In this document: piece after piece, positions 53,100 to 64,000 of the stretch
Numbering within the stretch: the first letter of the stretch is position 1
Layout: every line of letters begins with the position of its first letter
Origin: the human T2T-CHM13v2.0 reference genome, Homo sapiens
Length of the DNA: 64,000 bases
Assembly (NCBI RefSeq): GCF_009914755.1
Contig: NC_060933.1
Direction: 5' to 3' (one strand)
Program-made: the position numbers and the translations under genes
The notes under the pieces: model-generated
The model's input: only the letters and a program-made list of their open reading frames with translations
What the model was told of the DNA's origin: nothing
The model's database searches: none

Positions 53100-53796
53100 A
53101 TGAATTACCACTGGATAAATTAATGAGAATCAGTATAAACTAAAATGTGGGATTCTCATGCTTTGCATTTGTTAACTTTTCCCTTTTACCGCATGTGAAT
53201 TAACACATCTACAAAGACCACCGAAAAGAATATGCACGGTCATCATTTTATTCATCTATGAAAATTACTTCTGAGGAACTATCTACTAAACATTTTTGTG
53301 GACATGTCATAGTATAGTGACTTTAAAAAATCTTTGTTTTCTTAAACTTCCATGCTAAGATAATGTTTCATTCAAAAACTAAAAGAGTGTTCATTAATAG
53401 TAATCTAGGTGGGCATGCTATTTCTTTTTATAAAAAATTTTACTACTTATTTCTCAACATTTGAAGAGTGTATTTAGTTTCTGACTATTTAAGAACATGT
53501 ATACCTGCCCCCTAAGAAAATAAATAATCAACATTTTAATTTTGAAATAAATTGTACTGTGTTTTAATTATCAGTCTTGGTCCAAGCGTATCTGCAAATA
53601 TTTCTTTTATTTAATTAAGTACACCATTCTAATTTTCATATTTCAAGCTCAAACTTTTCCCATATTTCTAATTTTCTACTGTCATTAGGAACTTTGCATA
53701 TCCCTATATCTGACACAGTTTCTCAGTAAAGTATTAATACATACAATTAATGCTGGCAACAAAATTCTTTCTGGGTTGAATAAAAACACACCACAA

Positions 53797-54155
<359 letters not shown>

Positions 54156-55520
54156 TTATGGTAGTTATGCTTGAAGAAGAAAATGCTAATATTAGAAGAA
54201 CTGCTCATAAAAGAGAAAACGATGGGAAACATGATAAGAACCACAGTGATGGATTATTAGCAGATCATTTCTCCCAAGCTTTAGGTGAAAGCTTCCTTTG
54301 GAGTTACAGTGCAAGCGGGCAGGTAAATACTAGGGGTCCTAACAATAGCAGAGAACTGAGAGCAAAATAGCCTCTCACACATTTTCTCAAAAAAAATGTA
54401 CATCTGAAACTTGCTTGGGGCCCTCTCAAGATAACACCTACAATCTTAATCCACACCTAAATTATCAAATTCAGTAAGTAGCTTTCCTGAATCTCAATTT
54501 CAGTTTTCCTGTGCATAGAAAATGCTCAAATCCCAAGTCCGTATTTTCCATGTCCTGAGAAAAGCAGATGTCAGGAGGGTGTGGGGTGACTCACGGGTTA
54601 AAATCTGGGTAAGCAGCAGGATAGGGGCAGCTAATGAGCGAGGGATTTTGGAGCAAGAATGCCTGTTCTGTGAAGTGAGGGCCGGGCGAGTGAAGATGCA
54701 TAGACTAGACAGGAGAGACAGGGTCTCTGTGGTCCCCTCACGGTGCCACACGTCCTCCTGGATTTCTGAAATGGGGAATGTGAAGCGTTGAGGTCCAGGG
54801 GTATCCAGGGGCCTTATATATTCTATAGATATAAAGGGATAGAGTTCTTAATCAATTGTTATACTTGTCTCTCTATTACAGAAATCTGCAATGACAGCTT
54901 TACTGATTTCTGTTTTGAATCCATTTAACCCCTGAGATCGAAAACATTTTGCTGGCCTTAAATGACTGTCTACAGAAAGCTTTAATAAATAAATTCTACT
55001 GAAGTCTGCACAGTTCTCCTACCCATACCAAGTGTGAATTTTTGTATGTATGTTGAATGTGAATATGTTACAAGATTATCTAGAAAAATCTGTACTATCT
55101 ATAACAACCTTCCCGGATTATATGGGAAGAAGAGGGCTAGTCTGCCGGAATGGTGCTTCCAGAGCAGTGTATGTCAGTCATGTGGACTCACTCCGCAGCA
55201 TCCTTGGGCCCAGCTCCTGCTGCAGGCTCTGGAGGGATGCAGGACACTATGGCCCAAGGCCTGCCTCCCGTTCTTTGGGACCTCACAACCCTGCTGGGGA
55301 GACCTGAAACCCCACCTCCAAAGACAGCAGAGCCTGGACTGACTGAGGGTCTGGCTCTCCCTCTGCTTCTCTGTGAAACAGTACTAATCATTTCATGTCT
55401 CTGGGAATTTTTCTGTTAAATAAAGGACCAGATTTCATGATTAACAGGATTCTTTCAAACTCCAAAATTCTCTTTCTATGAGGGCAAGACAGCATATAAT
55501 AAAATTTCACAGTATGATAA

Positions 55521-56121
55521 TGTAGGGGTAGAAAAGATGTGAAATCTTTCCTTACCCATCATAAAGGTCACAGGCGACACTCCTATAACAAAAGACAGGT
55601 TAGCAAAAGTAATGCATGATACATTTATTTAATCAAAGTTTTACATGACATGGAGTCTTCAGAAATGAAGACCCAAAGACCCAGGGGAAACTGTCTATTT
55701 TAATGCTTAGGTTCAATGAAGAATGGGCAGCCACGTGAAAAGGTGATTGGACATCTCTTCAGATTCTTCTTGGCCTTTCTGTATGACATTCCTTTCCTTC
55801 GGTGTAAAGCAGGACCGCTCTGGAACCAGGGTCTTGTGATCTGCTATCAAACAAGGTAGGTCAGAGAATTTCTTCGTGGCCAGCTGCCACACGGAAAGGC
55901 AAGGAAGGTTAGAGTGATATTTCCAGGGTGTCACGGCTTGCTTTGGGCAAGAAGAATTCTGGTTTCCAGGACTCACTTCAGGGGAAAAGTAGGGGGTGGG
56001 AGACAGGGAGGCAGGAGGTCAGAGGGAAACTTGGCTTCTGGGGCCTTCAATCTCCTATAGTTCAAAGCACTCTGGATGCCAAAGCATCATACTTTGGAGT
56101 ATAATTTTATGAGCCCCAGCA
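55521..56121 (-). mobile_element. ERV1 solo LTR, MER39/MER34/LOR1 group
   Basis: Minus strand begins TGCTGGGGCTCATAAAA and ends CCCCTACA; 4-bp TSD ATAA. Confidence 0.8.
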
Positions 56122-57454
56122 ATAACAGTCTTTGTGGGAACTCAGAGAATGGGGAGGATGTGTGAGCTGAAAAAGAATGAAGGAAGAGACGTCAACTAAA
56201 GTCAGCTTTTACCCACGTGGCAAGCATCGTTCTCTTTGGTTTTATGGAACAACAGTTGTGAAACTGGGCAACTTTCAGACAAACCATTTCATTCCTTCAG
56301 TAAATATCTAAGCTCTTATTATTGTCTTAAGGTTCAAAACAGGTCTCCCCATCCCATCTGGCCCCTAAAAAGGATATGTACTTAGTTAAAGAATACAAGA
56401 CAGGGAATTTGAAGAATGACATTTTCCCCCCAAAGGCCAAATTTCTAACTTTGTGGTTCTTTCTAATGAGCTGTCTGTAGCTCAAGCCATACCCCTAGCA
56501 GCTGGATGATAAAAAAGGCTGTTTATTTGATCTTCAGACTGGAGAGGAGCACTAGTGATTTCTTTCCCTGCCTTAGTGGCCCTGAGAAGAATACAACTTC
56601 ATGCTTGCACTCTGATTAGCAGCAGGTAGAAGAAAAAAGCTAATGTTAGAACTTTTCCCCTGTCCCTGATGCTCCAGACACTGATTCAGCAGAGGTGAAA
56701 GGAACCGTTTTCATTGTTCAGAGCTATAGATTTATGAAAATTGCTTCTTTTGATAGGCAGCCAGGCATGAAGCAGCCTTCTGCTTCTAGTCTCAAAAAAA
56801 AAAAATAATACTGAGGGCTAATGATGTAAATCGAAGATATTGCCATATTTCCTGGATTTGGATCTCATTGCTACTCCTAGAGCAAAGAATGGTTCCTATG
56901 ACTGAAGACAGAAACCATACAATGCATTCAACATTCTGTCTTTGGTAATCCCTGAAAGCCACACTAGAAATTTAGGATTGTGTTAGCTGTAGGAAGGAAA
57001 TCTGAAGTTCCCATGGAGAGAGGTAAGTCAAAGTGCAAATGTTGAAGCTGCCGTTTTTCTCCATCAGCTTTCTTGGGAATTGAGGTAGGGACTTAAAACT
57101 GTTTTCACTAATGGCTCTTTAGTGCATCATAGTGAGTTTTTTATTCTTCCCATTAGAACTGAAAAATCTAACATGCTGCTGCCTTCACACCTCGTTTTCT
57201 GTCTTCATTAGGAAAGTAAATAGTGGCATGCAGGAAGCCTGGTGTAGACTAAATCCTACTTGCCAGGAGGCTCTGCTGAGGTGGCTATTTAGAGGAAGAG
57301 AAAGAGCCCTGGACCCCAACTCAGAGGAAGAGTCAGGGCTATGTCTCCAATAGGATGGGAGCGGCAACAGATGGCTTTGCACTTCTGGGTCACGGGACTT
57401 CATCTGTGAAATGAGAGGGTGGGAGTGGGCAATTCTTGCAGGAATTTCCCCTAC

Positions 57455-59430
<1,976 letters not shown>

Positions 59431-59609
59431 AAATCAGAACAATGATGTGGAGCTATCACTGTCTTTGTTGAAGGAAACAACAAAACATATGTGCTCATTG
59501 GGAGAAATATTAGCAAATTATCACACTGATTTGTTTTCTCTTAAATGTCAATTAATAGATGAAATTGCAATGTGAAAATAACCATTGTTAACTTGTGTGA
59601 AGAAAATAT

Positions 59610-62600
59610 GAGGGAAGATGGCTGACTAGACACAGCCAGGAGGAACAGCTCCCACCAAGGGACCAGGACATTGAGAAGACTGGTGTGCTCCTGGCAGATC
59701 TTCAGAGGGAAGGCTTTGAGAGCAGACAGAGGGAAGACACAGATGTTGGGCTGAAGGGGGAGGAAGCCGGGAACCCTGCAAGGGGCAATCGTGCACCAGG
59801 ACTCATTCCAGGTCCCCAAAATCTCCTGGAGGAGAGGTGAGTTGAACAGGCAAGGGGCAACCTCCTCTTGTCACAGGTCCCTGAATTCCTGACAGGAGGA
59901 GACCCTACAACCACCAGGGACACTTGAGTTGTCAGGAAGACCTGCTTATAAAGTGTTAATGGTAGAACTCCAGACTGTGCAAAGCCCAGAAGGTTTTGTG
60001 TGGGAGCATCTGTAGTGGAGAATGGTCAGGGACACCCATTGCCCTAGGCTAGACTTGTTCTCATAGGAGACTTCAGCCCTAGGGCAACTGTCAGACCTGA
60101 ACTCTGCAGGGCAGTCTTGCCCCTGAGACAGGGCCAGTCTGACCTGAGCATCCTTCAGTCTGCTCGCCCCTCCTGGGGCCCCAGCCTGGCCACACCTGCT
60201 TGCAGTGCAGCTTCACAGCGGGGTGCAGTGGAGGCTACCTCCTGAGGACCTGCATCATAGTTCCTGTGCTGGCTGACTGTGCCTGACCAGCAGAGATCTG
60301 CTGCAGAGTGGCCCCCATGTACACACATCAGCCTAACTGTGCCCTGCCCCCACTGCAGTCTCCCCGTGCCACTTTGCCTGCATGCACTAGCCCACGGCCA
60401 TCCCCCACATCGTTTTGCCAGTGCATGTGTGTGTGTGTGGACCTTGCCTCCCCTTTCCTGCCACAGTGTGTGTGCCATGCTACTGCTGCCATCCTGAGTG
60501 CACTTCACCCTCTCGACCCCCCACCATACTGCCATTACTGTTGGAGCATTGATGAGTGGGCATGAAGCCCGCCAGCCCTGCCCCTGCCAATGCCCTGCCC
60601 CTGCACCGACACTACCACCAGTGTGACAATAGGCACCGAGAACAGAGGACCCACCCCTGTTCTGAGCGGCTACGACCACCCACGTGAATGTGCAAGGAGA
60701 ACTCACACAGTCCTGTGCTCACCAGTGCTTCACTCCCATGCTAACACCGCCACCGGCACAAATGCACACAAAGACACAGGGGTGGGGGAGGGGGCAAGCA
60801 TCCCCCACCCCCAACCCCTGCACCGTGATGCCACAGTTGCTGCTATGAATGCCCACAATGAGGCCAGCATGCTGGCAGCCACTAGCTCCCTGCCGCAGCC
60901 AGTGAATGTGCACCACACCTCGCTGCCACTGCTGCTGCTGCTGCTGAAGGTGTGAACCAGGATGGATCTCACTGGCACTGCCCTATGAAGCACTTTGACT
61001 GGCACCACCCATCAGAGTGTTGTGACCAGTGGTCTTGGATCATCTTGGTCCTTCCAGCACAGCAGGTTCCTAACCTTTAGGGGCCAGAGACAAAGCCTGG
61101 GCCAGAAACCAGTCCCCCAGGGTTAGAGCATGCAGTTCGAGAGTCCTGAGCTGAATCTGAGCCTCCCAAAATATTCCAGAAATGAAACCAGTCAGTTGAA
61201 CCCACCTTGTACCAAAACCAAACCCTCAAGGCCATCAAATAGAATAAAATAAAATAAAGCTCAGCCACAGGACATTAACTTAAAAGATTAAAGAAACATC
61301 AGCCCACAGAGATGAGAAAGAATCAGCACAAGAATCCTGACAGCTCAAAAGTCAGAGGGCCTTCTTCCCTCCAAATGACCACATCACCTCTCCAGCAAAG
61401 ATGAGATGGTTGAAGTGACAGAAATGTAATTCAGAATATGGATATGAATGAAGATCATTAAGATTCAACAGAATGTTGAAACCCTATCTATGGAAGCTAA
61501 GAGGCACAATAAAATGATACAGGAGCTGACAGATAAAATAGCCATAGAGAAAAGAATGTAACCCAACCGATAGAGCTGAAAAACACGCTACAAGAATGTC
61601 ATAATGCAATGGCAAGTATTAACAGCAGGATAGACCAAGCTGAGGAAAGAATCTCAGAGCTCGAAGACTGGCTTTCTGAAATAAGACAGCCAGACAAGAA
61701 GAAAGTAGAAAGAGTGAAAGTAAGAAATCTCTGAGAAACATAGAATTATGTAAAGAGACCGAATCTATGACTCATTGGTGTCTCTGAAAGAGATGAGGAG
61801 AATGGAAACTACTTGAAAACATATTTTAGGATTTCATCCATGAGACCTTTCCCAACCTAGTTAAAGAGACCAACATTCAGATTCTGAAAATGCAGAGAAC
61901 CCTGCAAAATCCTTCACAAGAAAATCATCCCCAAGAGACATGATTATCAGATTCTCCAAGCTTGAAATGAAGCAAAAAAATCTTAAAGGCAGAGAAAAAG
62001 TAATGAGAGATAACCTACAAAGGTACAAAGGGAAGTCCATTAGACTAACAGCAGACCTATTAGCAGAAACCTCACAAGCCAGAAGAGGTTGGGAGCCAAT
62101 ATTCAACATTCTTAGATAAATGGAATTCCCACCAAGATTTCAAATCTAACCAACCTGAGCTTCATAAGTGAAGGAGAAATAAGATCCTTTTCAGACAAAG
62201 AAGTGCTGAGAAGATTTTTTTTTTACCACCAGACATGCCTTATAAGGCTCCTAAAGGAAGTACTAAATATGGAAAGAAAAGCCTGTTACCAGCCACTAAA
62301 AAAAAAAATACACTGAAATACACAGCCCAGTGACACTATAAGGCAACCACATAAGCAAGTCTTTAAAATAACCAGCTAACATTATGATGACAAGATTACA
62401 TTCACACGTATCAGTATTAATCTTGAATGGAAATGGACTTAATTCCCCAATTTAAAGGCACAGAGTGGCAAGCTGACTGAAAAAGCAATACCCAATGGTA
62501 TGCTGTCTTTAAAAACCTTATCTCACATGCAATGACATCCATAAATTCAAAACAAAGAGATGGAGGAAAATCTACCAAGCAAATGGAAAACAGAAAAAAA

Positions 62601-64000
62601 AGCAACTTTAAACCAACAAAGATTAAGAAAGACAAAGAAGGGCATTACGTAATGGTAAAAGGCTCAATTCAACAAGACATTACTATCCTAAATATATATG
62701 CTCCCAACACAGGAGCAGCCAGATCCATAAAGCAAGTTCTTGGAGACCTTCAAAGAGACTTAGACTGTCATACAATATTAGTGGGAGACTTCAACACCCT
62801 ACTGACTATATTAGACAGATCATTGAGGCAGAAAATTAACAAAGATATTCAGGACCTGAACTCAACACTGGACCAATGGACCTGATAGACATCTACAGAA
62901 CACTCCACCCCAAAACAATAAAATATACATTCTTCTCATTGCCACATGGCACATACTCTGAAATCAACCACACATTGGACATAAAACAATACTCAGCAAA
63001 TGCAAAAAGAACTGAAATTATACCAACCACACTCTCATACCACAGTGCAGTAAAAACAGAATTCAAGTCTAAGAAAATTGCTCAACACCATACAATTACA
63101 TGGAACTTAAACAACCTGCTCCAGAATGAGTTTCAGGTAAATAATGAAATTAAGGCAGAAATCAAGAAGTTTTTTGAAACTACTGAAAACAAAGTTACAA
63201 CATACCAGAATCTCTAGGACACAGCTAAGGCAGTGTTAAGAGGGAAATTTATAGCACTAAAAATCCACATCAAAAAGTTAGAAAGATCTTAAATTAACGA
63301 CCTAACATCATGACTAAAAGAACTAGAGAAGCAAGAGCAAACTAACCCCAAAGCTAGGAGAAGACAAGAAATAACCAAAATCAGAGCTGAACTGAAGGAA
63401 TTGAGACACGAAAAACTATTCAAAAGATCAACAAAGCCAGAGCTAATTTTTTGAAAAAGTTAATAAGATAGATAGACCACTAGCCAGAATAATAAAGAAG
63501 AAAGAGAGAAGATCCAATTAACACAATCAGAAATGACAAAGAGGATATTAGCACTTACCCCACAGAAATAAAAATAATCATCAGAGAATATTATGAACCC
63601 CTCTACACACACAAACTACAAAACCTAGAAGAAATGGATAAATTTCTGGATACATACACCCTCCCAAGACTGAACCAGGAAGACATTGAATCCCTCCACA
63701 AACCAATAACAAACTCCAAACTTGAATTGGTAATAAATAGCCTACCAATAAAAAAAAATAAAAATAAAAAAGCCCAGGACCAGATGGATTCACAACTGAA
63801 TTCTGCCAGCTGTACAAAGAAGAGCTGGTACCATTCCTAGTGAAACTATTTCAACAAATGGAAGAGGAGAGACTCCTCCTCAGCTCATTCTATGAGGCCA
63901 TTATCATCCTGATATCAAAACCTCTCAGAGACACAAAAATAAAAGAAAACTTCAGGCCAATATCCTTGATGAACATGGAAGCAAAACTTCTCAACAAAAT
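59610..64000 (+). mobile_element. Older L1PA-type LINE-1 (5' UTR, ORF1, start of ORF2), inactive, runs off the window
   Basis: GGGAAGATGGCTGACTAG start; endonuclease peptides [27 protein letters not shown]; [16 protein letters not shown]; many stops. Confidence 0.92.

Noticed and set aside
60155-61008. 183-aa and 121-aa ORFs in GC-rich sequence
   Set aside because: Inside the L1 5' UTR, low complexity, no domain similarity

Overview
Primate, very probably human, non-coding genomic DNA dominated by interspersed repeats: about 30 Alus, L1PA and L1M elements, MaLR/ERV solo LTRs including an intact LTR12C, MER20, and MIR/L2 fragments. I see no intact protein-coding gene. The ORF track is almost entirely Alu, L1, LTR or chance read-through. 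Two kinds of fossil can be reconstructed by eye. (1) An unprocessed vomeronasal type-2 receptor (V2R, class C GPCR) pseudogene on the minus strand, ~29.35 to 18.37 kb. Exons 2, 3, 4 and 6 are recognisable, with GT/AG sites at most junctions. It is disrupted by an Alu (exon 3) and a THE1 LTR (exon 6); exons 1 and 5 were not found. (2) A very old class I (gamma-like) endogenous retrovirus on the plus strand, whose pol and env motifs stay collinear from ~3.5 to 16.7 kb despite nested L1, LTR40, L1M and LTR12C insertions; a second, weaker gag-pol remnant lies on the minus strand at ~29.8-33.6 kb. Structural oddities are a ~260 bp inverted templated duplication, a perfect 22-bp palindrome and a 3'-truncated AluY that marks a probable deletion. 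I found no convincing evidence of a new functional system. Repeat subfamily names come from remembered consensus sequences and need RepeatMasker/Dfam confirmation.
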